DNA of 64,000 nt from NCBI GenBank assembly GCA_000091205.1, contig AP006499.2; one strand, written 5' to 3'. Below are positions 11,304-22,085 of the stretch, piece after piece (position 1 is the stretch's first letter; every line of letters starts with the position of its first letter). The position numbers and the translations under genes were made by a program. A model generated the notes under the pieces. The model made no database searches. It was not told where the DNA came from and was given only the letters and a program-made list of their open reading frames with translations. The DNA is from Cyanidioschyzon merolae. Taxonomy: Eukaryota.

Positions 11304-12884
11304 ATGGTACAGCTCTTCTCACTGGCAGGCTTTATCATTACGTTTCGCGAGATCCTCGAGGCCTGCATCGTGGTCTCGATCTGTCTGGCATAACTGCGGC
11401 GCACCAAGAATGAGCGCTACCTCAGAGACGTCTGGCTGGGCGTTGCAGCCGGCGTCGGTGTGCTCATCGTCATTGGAATCGCATTCGGCATCGTTTTCTG
11501 GACGCGCGGCCAGAAGCTGTATACGGGTCTCACTGAGCTGCTCTTCGAGGCCATTGTCCGACTGGTGGCGGTAGTGCTCATCACGTGGATGATCTTCTGG
11601 ATGCTCAGCACGGCCGCGCACATGCGCCGCGACCTCGAGGGCGGGATAGCGCGGGCGCTGTCGAGGCGCGGCCGATGGGGCGTTGCGCTGCTCGTCTTCA
11701 CGTCCGTGCTGCGTGAGGGCGTCGAGCTCATCGTATTCCTGTTCGGAATCACGGGCGGTGTCTCGTGGAGCTCGATTCCCATCGCCGCAGCCGTCGGCGT
11801 GGCCGTTGCGCTGGTCGTCGCCTGGGCAATCTACCGCGGGGCGCTCGCCTTCGATCTGCGCCTCTTCTTCGCGCTCTCGTCGCTGCTGCTGATCGCATTC
11901 GCTGCGGGCTTCCTGTCGACGGCCTTCCTGGACCTCCAGAAAGCGAACCTGTTCGGGGCATTCACGCGCAACGGCAACGAGGACGAGTCGATTCCATCCA
12001 CGCAGCGGCCGTGGTGGAATGCCGCGCTCTGGTCCACCGAGGCCTGCTGCGCGGACGACGGGAACGAGTTCTTCAACCTGCTGCACGAGCTCTTCGGATA
12101 CGTGGATGCGCCGACCTTCGTCTCCACTGTCGTCTACTTCGGTTACTGGACCCTGGCTGGCGTGCTCTGGATCATCGTTGAGCGACGCACCCTGGAGCGC
12201 AAACTCTGCCAAATGCACACCGGGTACCTCGTATCGACTGCGTTCCTGGCGGTAGCTGCCGTGGTGGGGCTCGTCGTCGCCGCTCGCAGCCCGACATGGA
12301 ACGGCATCCTGGTGACGTGCCTGACTCTGGTGCTGGCGATCATCGGTGTAGGTGCCGCCAGCGCACCCCATGCAGCGCTACCGCCGCGTGCGCGTTTCGC
12401 CCTCCAGGGCTCCTGCTGGATAGGCCTCGTGCTGGTAGCGTGCCTGGCGCTGGCGCTGCAGGTTGCACAGGCGATCTGCTCGCCGCAGATTGGCGCGTCG
12501 CAGTACTGCTCTATCTCCGATTTCTACTATTGGTTCGTCATCTTCTCCCCGGACTGGATCGCAAAGACACGGGACGATAACAGCTTCCACGCGCTCGCGG
12601 TGCTTACCGTGTCGATATGCTTCACGATGCTGTTCTGCCTCGGACAGGGCCTGGTCGGCTTCTACGAGTGGAAGCGTTCGGCGCTGGCGATGCAGCGTGC
12701 TGGACAAGCGCCAGCGGCTCTCGCCAAAGAGGCGAATACATCCTCGGATCTGGAAGGCGGGAAATCCACGCCGCTCGATGACTCCTCGATCGATGAGCTT
12801 ACCTGGGAAGCGCTCGATTCGACGCAGCCTCCGCAGCACGCGTCGCAGATCGAGATCTCGGCGAGACGGGTGCTGGCGGATTGA
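11304..12884 (+). CDS. FTR1: High-affinity iron permease FTR1 family, interrupted by an in-frame TAA at 11391-11393 (possible pseudogene, sequencing error or readthrough)
   Basis: The N-terminus MVQLFSLAGFIITFREILEACIVVSICLA* matches yeast Ftr1 [34 protein letters not shown], including the first RExxE motif. After the TAA the same frame continues …ERYLRDVWLGVAAGV… (compare Ftr1 ALYRKLRIQVWVGVLLGF). The second motif TSVLREGVELIVFLFG (Ftr1 TVLREGLEAVVFVAG) lies within the 474-codon ORF 11460-12884. The ORF ends at TGA. Confidence 0.7.
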
Positions 12885-13548
12885 ACCAGGGCGCAGCGCG
12901 GCACCAGGTCACCGCCGACGACTAGGCGGTACTCATAACAGCGAGCGCAATCCATGTGCAACGCGACGTATCGCACTTGCCGATTCAAAGAGAATGACAG
13001 CGCCTGTGGTTACCCGTCGCGGAGCCGTTCGCATGGTGATAGCGTCGGCATCACCTGACACCCACTCCGTGGCGCTATGGTGCTTTGCCAAGAACGCGCC
13101 CCTGGTTGCCACAGCGTTGCGTACCAGCGAATGGATCATGCGTCGAGCGCTGCTCTGGTGCGATCATAGACAAGTTCACGTCGAATACTTTGCGCACCGC
13201 TGTACCGCATACCGATGACTCGTCTAGCATGCACTGCTACCGTACAGTAAAGAACGCTCGTGCAATGCGTATCCCGTTTCTCGCTATCCTGAAGGACAAC
13301 GGCTCCTCGAGCACACAATATCTCAGCATGCAGGAGTCGAGACGCTCTCATCACGCAGCGCAGCGGCTCCAGCGCCCTGCACGATTGCCCGACGAAACGC
13401 CTGGGGCGCGCCCCGATCAATACCGGAGACACGCCATGCGCAGGAAACCTGGGACGGTACTGTTTCGCCTGCAAGTAGGAGGGTGCACTCAAGTGATATC
13501 CAGAACTTCCCGCAGCCTGGACACCAGTGCCAACAGGTCGCTTCAAGT

Positions 13549-14463
13549 ATGCCAGACGAGAGCGCTCAAGTTCGTTTTCTGATAGTCGGACGCACCGGTT
13601 GGATCGCCAACATGGTTGCAGAGCTACTTGAGCAGCGCGGTGAGCGGTACGCGTTTGCGAGCTTCCGTCTCGAGCAGCGCGAGGCCTGTGAGCTCGAACT
13701 GGACGCGCTGCGCCCACAGCGGGTCCTGAACTGTGCTGGGGTCACTGGGCGTCCGAACGTCGACTGGTGCGAGGACCACCGGCGCGAGACCGTCCGCAGT
13801 AACGTACTGGGCGTGCTGAACCTGGCGGACTGCTGCGCGTCGCGCGGGATCCACCTCACCAACTTTGCTACCGGCTGTCTATACCACTACGACGACGGCG
13901 AGCACCGGCCGACGGCTGAGGGCGGCAGGCCCTTCACGGAGGACGATCCGCCGAACTTTTTCGGTAGCTACTACAGTCGCACCAAGGCCATGGTGGAGGA
14001 GCTGCTGCGCAGCGCTTTTGACAATGTGCTCATCCTGCGACTGCGCATGCCTGTGAGCGACGACCTGTCGCCGCGCAGCTTTGTCGCGAAAATCGCACGC
14101 TACGAAAAGGTTGTGAATATCCCCAACAGCATGACGGTTTTGACGGAGCTGCTGCCAGTGGCACTGGATATGAGCGAGCGCGGCCTTACGGGCGTGTACA
14201 ACTTTACCAATCCGGGTAGCATCTCGCATAACGAGGTCCTGGAGCTTTACAGAAAATATATCGATCCAAAGTTCCAATGGAAGAACTTTACGCTCGAGGA
14301 GCAGGCAAAAATCCTCAAGGCCGGCCGCTCCAACTGCGAGCTCGACGTCCGCAAACTGCTGCGGGACAATCCCGGTGCCCAGATCCGCGAGGTCCACGCC
14401 GCCATGGAGGAGGTCTTTCGGCGCATGCAGGCGAAGGGTGTCAAGCCGCTGGCTGCGCCCTAG
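13549..14463 (+). CDS. UDP-4-keto-6-deoxy-glucose 3,5-epimerase/4-reductase (NRS/ER type; UDP-L-rhamnose synthase second step)
   Basis: Near-colinear with plant NRS/ER: LIVGRTGWIANMV…NCAGVTGRPNVDWCEDHRRETVRSNVLGVLNLADCC…FFGSYYSRTKAMVEELL…LRLRMPVSDDLSPRSFVAKIARYEKVVNIPNSMTVLTELLP…LTGVYNFTNPGSISHNEVLELYRKYIDPKFQWKNFTLEEQAKI. The start is assigned to the internal ATG at 13549 (MPDESAQVRFLIVG). The ORF ends at TAG. Confidence 0.9.
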   Translation: MPDESAQVRFLIVGRTGWIANMVAELLEQRGERYAFASFRLEQREACELELDALRPQRVLNCAGVTGRPNVDWCEDHRRETVRSNVLGVLNLADCCASRGIHLTNFATGCLYHYDDGEHRPTAEGGRPFTEDDPPNFFGSYYSRTKAMVEELLRSAFDNVLILRLRMPVSDDLSPRSFVAKIARYEKVVNIPNSMTVLTELLPVALDMSERGLTGVYNFTNPGSISHNEVLELYRKYIDPKFQWKNFTLEEQAKILKAGRSNCELDVRKLLRDNPGAQIREVHAAMEEVFRRMQAKGVKPLAAP

Positions 14464-15673
14464 TATAGCACCGCAGGTGGCGTACTTTGCGACAAAACGG
14501 TTACGCACCGAGTGACGGGTCGATGGCGTGCGCTCCCAGGGACGACTCGCTTTGCGTGCAGGGAAGCGACTGCGACTGCAGGCGCGCTAGCACAATCCTG
14601 CACTGGGCGAAAGGAACGGAAGCGTCATTGGCACCAGGGCACTTACTGCCGTGTAAGGCACCTTTCGACGCGGACCTCAAGGCTGACTGCGAGGCGTTCT
14701 GGAAAGACTTGCTCCGATAGGCTAGCTCCGCTGTGGCAGCCGCTGCAGGCGAAATCGGATACCGGGATGATCCAACTGCAGAGCCCTTCTAATAGTGATC
14801 CGTGTAAATGACGCAAGCCTCTGAAGAGAGTGCATCAAAGTGGCGCAGGCATTTGTTCCTGGCGTTCATGTGTGCCTTCGAATGCAGCATCCAGGGGCCT
14901 GCAGGCATTGGCTGGACGACTGCCTGCTAGCAGCGGTCAGGATTACAGGGATCCTAGGGACTCGATACGTGCATACGTGCATTACTGCATTCGTGCATGC
15001 TTCCATACGTAAAAACGTGTGAATGCTGGTGAGCACTGCGCGAATATGTGCACGCGCGCACGCTGCAGCATGGGAACACAGCGTTCTCGCCACGCTCTGG
15101 CTGGGATGTCTGAGCGACGGGAACGTGCTGTCGATGCTGCCACATAAGCAGAGTCCGTCAAGGCCGACACGCTCGAGACAGCGCTCATGAATTGCATAGT
15201 GGAGCGGATTCACGTGCGCGAACACAGGAACGAACACACAAACAAGTCCTAGTGGCAAGGCGAGTTTCAACAGATCCCCGAAAGCGCCCACACTCCGTAC
15301 CTGCCAGCAACATCACTGTCGGTCGCTATCGCGCTGCTGCCCACAGCGCGAATGATGCACACATATCTCCTTGGATTCATGCCGCCAGCCTCAGTGTTGA
15401 TCCTTCTGCCCTACACCATGATGGAAGCGCGCGATCCACAGAGCGCGCGCGCAATCGCCGCCCGCCGCATGAGCGATGCGTGCGCGGTGGCGACGCTGCT
15501 GCCGCCATCATCGGTCGCATACCTGGGACACGTGTCTCGCTAGAGATGGATCCTGTCGAAACAGAAACGCGCGCTACGATCGTGGCGTTACCGCCTGTGC
15601 AGGCAGAGCGCGGAAGTAGCCGGTGCGTGTGGTTGTGTGTGTCCGAGTCGAAAGGCGCACGTTGGCAAGATAA

Positions 15674-16804
15674 ATGTCCTCGCAGAGCACGGCGCTTTCG
15701 AACGGTGCCAAGTCGGTAACCGGTGGACAGCCCGACGGGAACTCGGACGCGCGGGTCGTCTACGGCGACCGTCTGCGCTTCGTGCCGCGGAATATCCTTG
15801 TGACTGGCGGTGCCGGCTTTATTGCCTCGCACGTTGTCGAACGGCTCGTGAGTCGATATCCCCATTACCGCGTGACGGTACTGGACAAGCTCGACTACTG
15901 CTCGTCGCTGAGCAACCTCGCGCAGGTGGCAAACCGACCAAACTTCAAGTTTATTCGCGGCGATATCCGCTCGCATGACCTGGTGCTCTACGTGCTCCAG
16001 GAGGAGTGCATCGATACAGTGCTCCACTTTGCGGCGTGCACGCACGTCGATAACTCGTTCACGTCCTCGATCCTGTTTACGGAGAACAACGTGCTGGGAA
16101 CGCACGTCCTCCTGGAGTGCGCACGCCAGTACGGCAAAGTGCGGCGCTTCATTCACGTCAGCACCGATGAGGTGTACGGCGGCGAGAGCAACATGGAGAC
16201 AGAGTCATCGATCCTGGCACCCACGAACCCGTACGCATGTAGCAAGGCCGCCGCTGAATTCATTTGCCGCGGCTACGTCAAGTCGTTCGGATTGCCGGTG
16301 ATCATCACACGCGGCAACAACGTGTACGGGCCGCACCAGTTCCCCGACAAGCTCATTCCCAAGAGTATCTGTCTGCTGGCGCAACGCCGGCCCTGCTTTG
16401 TACACGGCTCTGGTGAGCATGCACGCAACTTTTTGTACGTCGAGGACGCGGCGAGCGCCTTTGACACCATCCTGCATTGTGGCGAGACCGATGAGGTCTA
16501 CAATGTAGGCTCTGAGATCGAGAAACGCAACATTGACGTTGTGCACGACATTATCGATCTCTTCGGCCTGTCTGCCGAGGCGAACCGCCACATCGAGTTT
16601 GTCAAAGATCGCACCCTCAACGATATGCGCTACAGGATCGACTCGTCGAAGCTGCATGCGCTTGGCTGGAGGCCGCAGGTGTCCTGGGAAGAGGGCCTGC
16701 GCCGAACCAAGACCTGGTACTGCGATCCGAATAACCTGAAGCGCTGGCCGAATTATCTCAGTGGCCTCGTACCGCATCCGAGTCTCACCGAGGAGAAGCA
16801 CTAG
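15674..16804 (+). CDS. UDP-glucose 4,6-dehydratase (RHM N-domain type; first step of UDP-L-rhamnose synthesis)
   Basis: Colinear with the Arabidopsis RHM dehydratase domain: NILVTGGAGFIASHVVERLV…VTVLDKLDYCSSLSNL…NFKFIRGDI…HFAACTHVDNSF…FIHVSTDEVYG…PTNPYACSKAAAEF…LPVIITRGNNVYGPHQFPDKLIPK…LGWRPQVSWEEGLRRTKTWY. GxxGxxG Rossmann motif and the YxxxK catalytic dyad are present. Confidence 0.9.
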   Translation: MSSQSTALSNGAKSVTGGQPDGNSDARVVYGDRLRFVPRNILVTGGAGFIASHVVERLVSRYPHYRVTVLDKLDYCSSLSNLAQVANRPNFKFIRGDIRSHDLVLYVLQEECIDTVLHFAACTHVDNSFTSSILFTENNVLGTHVLLECARQYGKVRRFIHVSTDEVYGGESNMETESSILAPTNPYACSKAAAEFICRGYVKSFGLPVIITRGNNVYGPHQFPDKLIPKSICLLAQRRPCFVHGSGEHARNFLYVEDAASAFDTILHCGETDEVYNVGSEIEKRNIDVVHDIIDLFGLSAEANRHIEFVKDRTLNDMRYRIDSSKLHALGWRPQVSWEEGLRRTKTWYCDPNNLKRWPNYLSGLVPHPSLTEEKH

Positions 16805-17301
16805 GACGGCATTCATCGCGTACGCACTGTGCATGCGGCAGGCGAGATTTCGAGCGACACTGCCGCTGGTCTGTGCATCACAGACGGCGATCCGCAGAGC
16901 AGCGTGGCATAGGATCGCCAGCGGATGCGCCTTTTGTACATGTATGACGGTTACAAGCGTGTCTCAGGTGCGCCTTTCTCGACAAGTCTGTAATACGAGG
17001 CGCTTTCGTGTCGCCTGCAACACAGGACGCATCTGAAGCGATGCGCACCGACGAAAGCGCGCATACTCTATCGACCGAGGGTCGTGGGCTTGCGACCTCA
17101 TGATCTTGTGCCGGTTGCAGAGCGTATGTTACAACACACGACAGCAGCAGGGCAGTTGACGCAGCACAGGTTCGCGCGCGGCAGGTACAGCGAGCTCTGG
17201 GCGGCCTCGGTTGCACCGATACGCTCTGCGCTTGACGCGCTTCTGTTGCATAAACGTGTACTGAGGCTGTGCTCCAATAACCTGCAAGACGCCTATGTCC
17301 C

Positions 17302-17946
17302 ATGCCACGCGGTTTGCAGAGGTATGCTTTCGTCGAGTTTGCGTCTGGAAGCGCGTTGTTACGGGTGCGGCGGGTGAAGCGTTCCGCGTCAAGAACTAGC
17401 CGCACACCGGCACGCTGTGCTGTGTCAGAGCCGTCACCAGCGTCACCGTCCAGTGGCGACCAGCCGACCCAGACAGTGCGTGTACGACCTGATGAGCGGC
17501 CGCTGCGGCTGAATGCGCTACAGCGCTGGTTGCTCGGCCGACTGAGGCGAAGCCTCGAGCGCCTCTCCCCCGGCAACGTGCCCAACCTGCTTAGGAGCGC
17601 CGTCGCGCGGGCGCGTGGTGCCCCCGCGGACCCACCGCCCTTGGACGATGACTACCTCGACAGTGTGCTGCTCCCAGAGTCAGATGAGCGGCCCTTTATA
17701 TCGCCGGCACTCCGACGCGTTCTGCGCGACGCGCCTGCGCAGCCTGCCAAGGGCGTTTACACAAGCGACCCGTCGCGGACGTTCTGGGAGCAACTGATCC
17801 TATGGGCAGGCGTGGTGCTCGTCGCTCTCGCCGTCCTGCGCGTCCTTTGGCTCTTTATCAGTGCTATCCTGGGAATTTCGCTGAGTCTCATCGTCATCGC
17901 CGTCGTCACCGTGTTCGTTTTCGTGGCGTTCACAATACTCGGCTAG
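17302..17946 (+). CDS. Hypothetical tail-anchored membrane protein (C-terminal transmembrane segment)
   Basis: 214-aa ORF ending in a long hydrophobic stretch LILWAGVVLVALAVLRVLWLFISAILGISLSLIVIAVVTVFVFVAFTILG. No recognised domain. Coding status is uncertain in GC-rich DNA. Confidence 0.25.
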   Translation: MPRGLQRYAFVEFASGSALLRVRRVKRSASRTSRTPARCAVSEPSPASPSSGDQPTQTVRVRPDERPLRLNALQRWLLGRLRRSLERLSPGNVPNLLRSAVARARGAPADPPPLDDDYLDSVLLPESDERPFISPALRRVLRDAPAQPAKGVYTSDPSRTFWEQLILWAGVVLVALAVLRVLWLFISAILGISLSLIVIAVVTVFVFVAFTILG

Positions 17947-17960
17947 AGAATCGGGAACTA

Positions 17961-20957
17961 TCACGGAACCGTACCGCTCCCAAACACATCCACGGGCTCA
18001 TCGCAGAGCTGCCGACGAAGCAGGTGCAGCTGCGTACGCAGCCGGTAACCCCGCGGCTCCGGCACCGTACGCGCAACCTGCGTCCAAGCAGCAAGCACCG
18101 TGCGAAGCTGTTGCAAGACATGCCGACGCATCGAATGTATCGCCGCGGCAATGTCGGGAACGACATTCCAATCCAGCAGGAGCAAGTGCATCGCATCCAC
18201 CATCCACTCTAGATCACTCGCATCGGAAGCGCGTCCCGACGTGCGGCCGGCCTCATAGCGTGGCAGGCACAGCGCGCCAGCGACGCGTGCAAGCAGCATA
18301 ACCGACGCGTGCCCTGCATCCGCCTCGGACGCACCATCATCGATGCGGGCAACTGCAGACTCCTGTGCCTCAACCTGCAATTCAGTACGACGCGATACCC
18401 AGCTCTCCAGGAGACGCGCACATAGACACTTTTGAAGCCAACGCGAGCGCCCTCGTGGTGGAATCACCCAAATCAAGGCAACGAGCGCCGGCAGCCAGCA
18501 TCGTGTCAAGTGATCGTGTCCACAGAGCCGGCAATGCGGCACGTCGTCGCGCACGCATCGGCACCAGCACGCAATCGCCGCATCAGCGGACACGCGATCC
18601 GCTGCGATGCCGATGACCTCTGCCAGCTGCGTGCGCCAATGACGTGCCATCGCTGCTTGGCATGTGTAGATCGCCAGCACGTCGTCGATAAACGCCAGGA
18701 GCTGCTCGTCATTCCATGCTGCGGCGCGCAGGTTGCGTTTCAGCAGGTGCCAGAACGGCTCGAGGGTGCTGCGTGTCTGCGTTAGCGCAGGCTCCGCAGC
18801 CGGGTTTTGTGTCGTCACCGCGGCTGCCGCTGTCTCCAGCAGCTGGTGCACGAACGCGCCCGGAAGCGTCAGAACGCGCTTCAAGCGGTGAGCGTGGCGA
18901 TAGGCTGGGCATTGGGTCGACACTCGTGAGCTCGAGGCGCGTTTCGAATGGACAGGCTCGTCCAGCGCGCACACATCGCACCAGCCCAGGAGGCCGAGAG
19001 GAGAACGCGCGAGGGCCATGCAACCCAAGCGTCGCAGTGTCACGTGCAGAGCGCCCATGGCTCGCATGTGTTGATCCCGGGGGGTATCACACATCTGCTG
19101 AGCGGCTATGTTGAGCACGCAAAGAGGACACGCGGTGGCAGTGACGACCTCAACGCCGCCGCTATCGCAGCGATCCTCGAGTCGAGCACACGGATCGAAT
19201 CGCCGTGCGCGATCAGCGGTGATCGGCACGCACCGGCGCAGCGCCGCGGGAACGATGCGTGCATCGGCATGCGCGCTGCGCGCCACAAGAATCCTGAGAC
19301 TAGACGCGAGCCCTGCACGACGGGCTCGAAAAGCGATAGAGACGTCGGTGGCCTTCGTTGATGTGTGCTGGCCTTGGGATCGTATGCTCACCGGGCTTAC
19401 CCGCTCGTCGCTATGCCTCTTGTCGCGCTGGATACGCGGCTCGCAGATCGCCGTGGGTGTTGCAGCAGTCCAGTGCGGCACGTCCGCCGACCAGACCTCT
19501 GAAGATGCTGGTGCGTGCTTTGTCTTGCAGCGCATGTCTGTGCCTGATAGCGCCACTCTCGAGACGTGCCTGTCAGAGGCAGTCGCCAAATCCGGTTGCA
19601 TGGGCGATTCGACGCGTCGCTGCAGTTCAATGCACTGTTCGCGGAATGCATCTGTGCGTGTGCACGTCGCAAGCCCAGATCGCCCCCAGCTCGAGTCCAA
19701 CAGCTTGCCGTCACGATGCGGCAGCGCGCCGGGTGATTCAACGTCCTCAACTGGCGACTGGCAATGCACTCGTGGATTGCCCAGTTCACGAATCGTCGAG
19801 CTTACCCTGCGCTCCGACGTTCCATGATCCAGACGATGGTACGGATCAGCCCAGGAGAGCTCGTGCTCGTTCGTCGTCTCCGCCATGGAGGACGACAAGT
19901 TATGCTGCAGACAGGATGTTTCGGCAGGTTCATCCGCTGCTTGTCGGGTGCGGTGCTTGTCTCGACACTGAGTGTGCTCTGGTACCTGAACATCGCCTGC
20001 GACACGAGTATGCTCCTCAGAGGATAGCGAGAGGGATTCCGCAGAGCTTGCATAACCATCGGATACGGCATATTGTCGGAAAAGTAAAGAGCCTGTGCAT
20101 GAAGCGCAAAGCGACGCTGCATTGGTGTTCAATGCGCTTTTCACGTTTCCCGCATCTAAAGAATCATTGGCAGACGAAAAAGGCGTCGATGGTAGCGTCT
20201 GCGCTGCAGACTTCAAATACTCGTTGCGGCCAATGCCATTACGGTTATCGTCAGCGCACTGGTGTCGAGAAATGCGCCCTGAGTGTCCACACATCGGCTG
20301 CTTACGTGCTGGCTGCACGATCATCCCCGAACCAGCTTTCTCGATTATTGAGCATCGTTCATCGTTGGTGTCTTTAGGAATGTGACGAAGAAGCGACTCA
20401 GAGCGACACGTGTCGTTCTCTGTGGTCCCGCTGCATGAGACACCGCAGTGGCGTTCCGAGGGTGCGCTCTTTTCAAAGCTGTTGCCGGTTTCGTTGTCGA
20501 AGCAGCGCTGCGCTTCGCTTTCAGTGCTCGTGTAGCCGCTATGCCGCTTCGCTTGCGAGTCGAGGGAGCCCGCAGCAACCAGTCGGTGGCGCTTATAGCT
20601 GCCCAGCCGTGTCGCCGTTCTAACTGTTCCTCGAGGCCGAGGTTGTGCTCCGTGCTGGCGCGTTTCGCCCACAGGCCCAGACTGCTCCGGCGAGCCGCTG
20701 ACCTCGGCAGCGCTACGCAACCCCGAGGCCAGAACAATTCCTGGACCAGCAGGGTCCGTGTGTGCCGAGCTCGGCCACTTCTCGAGCAGCTTCGGAGCCC
20801 ATATCGCGTCTAGACTGAGCACACGAGTGCTCGCAGCCTGCTCTCCCCGTTTGCGCATACGACAGCGTCGCTTGTGTGCTGGCTGTGTCTGCGTCGCTTT
20901 AGCGACTGCTGCCCAGGTACGGGGCGCCTCGGGCTCCCGCAAGCACGCTTGGGGCAT
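17961..20957 (-). CDS. Hypothetical large protein; N-terminal two-thirds low-complexity Ser/Ala/Arg-rich, C-terminal ~350 aa more globular-looking; extent uncertain
   Basis: 998-codon ORF with no recognised domain. A 339-codon ORF lies on the opposite strand (19358-20377). The real CDS may be shorter. Confidence 0.3.
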   Translation of the reverse strand: MPQACLREPEAPRTWAAVAKATQTQPAHKRRCRMRKRGEQAASTRVLSLDAIWAPKLLEKWPSSAHTDPAGPGIVLASGLRSAAEVSGSPEQSGPVGETRQHGAQPRPRGTVRTATRLGSYKRHRLVAAGSLDSQAKRHSGYTSTESEAQRCFDNETGNSFEKSAPSERHCGVSCSGTTENDTCRSESLLRHIPKDTNDERCSIIEKAGSGMIVQPARKQPMCGHSGRISRHQCADDNRNGIGRNEYLKSAAQTLPSTPFSSANDSLDAGNVKSALNTNAASLCASCTGSLLFRQYAVSDGYASSAESLSLSSEEHTRVAGDVQVPEHTQCRDKHRTRQAADEPAETSCLQHNLSSSMAETTNEHELSWADPYHRLDHGTSERRVSSTIRELGNPRVHCQSPVEDVESPGALPHRDGKLLDSSWGRSGLATCTRTDAFREQCIELQRRVESPMQPDLATASDRHVSRVALSGTDMRCKTKHAPASSEVWSADVPHWTAATPTAICEPRIQRDKRHSDERVSPVSIRSQGQHTSTKATDVSIAFRARRAGLASSLRILVARSAHADARIVPAALRRCVPITADRARRFDPCARLEDRCDSGGVEVVTATACPLCVLNIAAQQMCDTPRDQHMRAMGALHVTLRRLGCMALARSPLGLLGWCDVCALDEPVHSKRASSSRVSTQCPAYRHAHRLKRVLTLPGAFVHQLLETAAAAVTTQNPAAEPALTQTRSTLEPFWHLLKRNLRAAAWNDEQLLAFIDDVLAIYTCQAAMARHWRTQLAEVIGIAADRVSADAAIACWCRCVRDDVPHCRLCGHDHLTRCWLPALVALIWVIPPRGRSRWLQKCLCARLLESWVSRRTELQVEAQESAVARIDDGASEADAGHASVMLLARVAGALCLPRYEAGRTSGRASDASDLEWMVDAMHLLLLDWNVVPDIAAAIHSMRRHVLQQLRTVLAAWTQVARTVPEPRGYRLRTQLHLLRRQLCDEPVDVFGSGTVP

Positions 20958-21359
20958 TTTGCAAGGTTATCACACAAGGCGGCACCCAAGTCGCTCTCAC
21001 CGCCACGTAAACAGCGGCATCGGAGTGTGAACCCTGTCCATGAAACGCGAACGTGCTCAGCGCTTTCGAAATGTACATTGGCGCCACAAACGGCATGCCG
21101 GCGCAGGTACCACATGGAACCACGGGGAGAGCGGTGAAGGCAGCAGCGGCTTCTGCGGGTAGGAAGCGACTACTGACCTCGAACAGCGTGGATACATATA
21201 ACTTTTGTGATCGTTTCGACTGTCGTTCAACAAGCTAAAGTTGATTCCACATGCGAATGACGACCATCAAGAAGGCGCGTATGAACGCGAGGACGTTCGC
21301 GACTTGTCATATCGGCTGGAGTAAGGGCCTGTGTAGTGCCAACTTTACGAGGCTAGAAA

Positions 21360-22085
21360 TTAGAGACTCAGGTCTTCTTCGAAGGCGGAAAGTGTACCCG
21401 AATCCCCATAGAGCAAATCACGAAGTGTTGCCAAATTTTGTTGGTAGGCGATTTCCAGCCTGCGCTCTAGTGTGTTATCGCAGCGTATTCGTCCATCCGC
21501 ACTTGTGACAATGACGCCGCCTGGCGAACTGTTATCGAGCTGCTCGGTGTTTGAAATGGACACGCAAGACGCCTGCTCGGAGGCAGGAGTCGTGGCTTCG
21601 CTGTTTTCGAGCAACTGGCGGTATCGTGCCTGAAGGCCTGCAAGCGAATTTTCCACAAGCGCCCGATCACGCGAACGCAGAATAAGGCTCACTCGTGGCT
21701 CTGGTTGTACCATCTTCATGCCCTGTTCAATAAGACGCTCCAAAAGCTCCTGGTAGTCCGGACCGGCTTCGGTGCCAAACGCGGCGAGTCGCTCGCGGCT
21801 ACACTCGTAGAGCTCACGCAGCGTCGCTTCGCGAGCGCGAAGCACCTGCAGACGAGCGGCGTTGAGCGCCGATGCCAACGCTATTCGACGTGATGCCTGC
21901 AGCTGCTTGTACTTTCGCTCAAACTCAGCTCGTATCCGCTCGCGCTGCTCCTCGAAAAGGCTGAGCTTCCGCAGGTGGAACTCCTCCTCCGCTTTTGTGC
22001 GCAGCTCGTTCACTTTCTCGTCTGCTTCCTGCCGAATAAACGCCACCATCTGCTGCACCTGTTGCTGTACCTGAGCATCGTTCAT
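21360..22085 (-). CDS. V-type H+-ATPase subunit E
   Basis: 241 aa, MNDAQVQQQVQQMVAFIRQEADEKVNELRTKAEEEF…LLYGDSGTLSAFEEDLSL, typical of V-ATPase subunit E in length and heptad pattern. The ORF ends at TAA. Confidence 0.85.
   Translation of the reverse strand: MNDAQVQQQVQQMVAFIRQEADEKVNELRTKAEEEFHLRKLSLFEEQRERIRAEFERKYKQLQASRRIALASALNAARLQVLRAREATLRELYECSRERLAAFGTEAGPDYQELLERLIEQGMKMVQPEPRVSLILRSRDRALVENSLAGLQARYRQLLENSEATTPASEQASCVSISNTEQLDNSSPGGVIVTSADGRIRCDNTLERRLEIAYQQNLATLRDLLYGDSGTLSAFEEDLSL

Noticed and set aside
11319-12371. 350-codon ORF antisense to FTR1, and similar long antisense or overlapping ORFs inside the PMT, Rpn13 and TBC genes (for example 4625-5347 minus strand, 9026-9610 plus strand)
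   Set aside because: High GC content suppresses stop codons on all frames. These ORFs overlap genes with strong homology on the other strand and have no recognisable similarity themselves.
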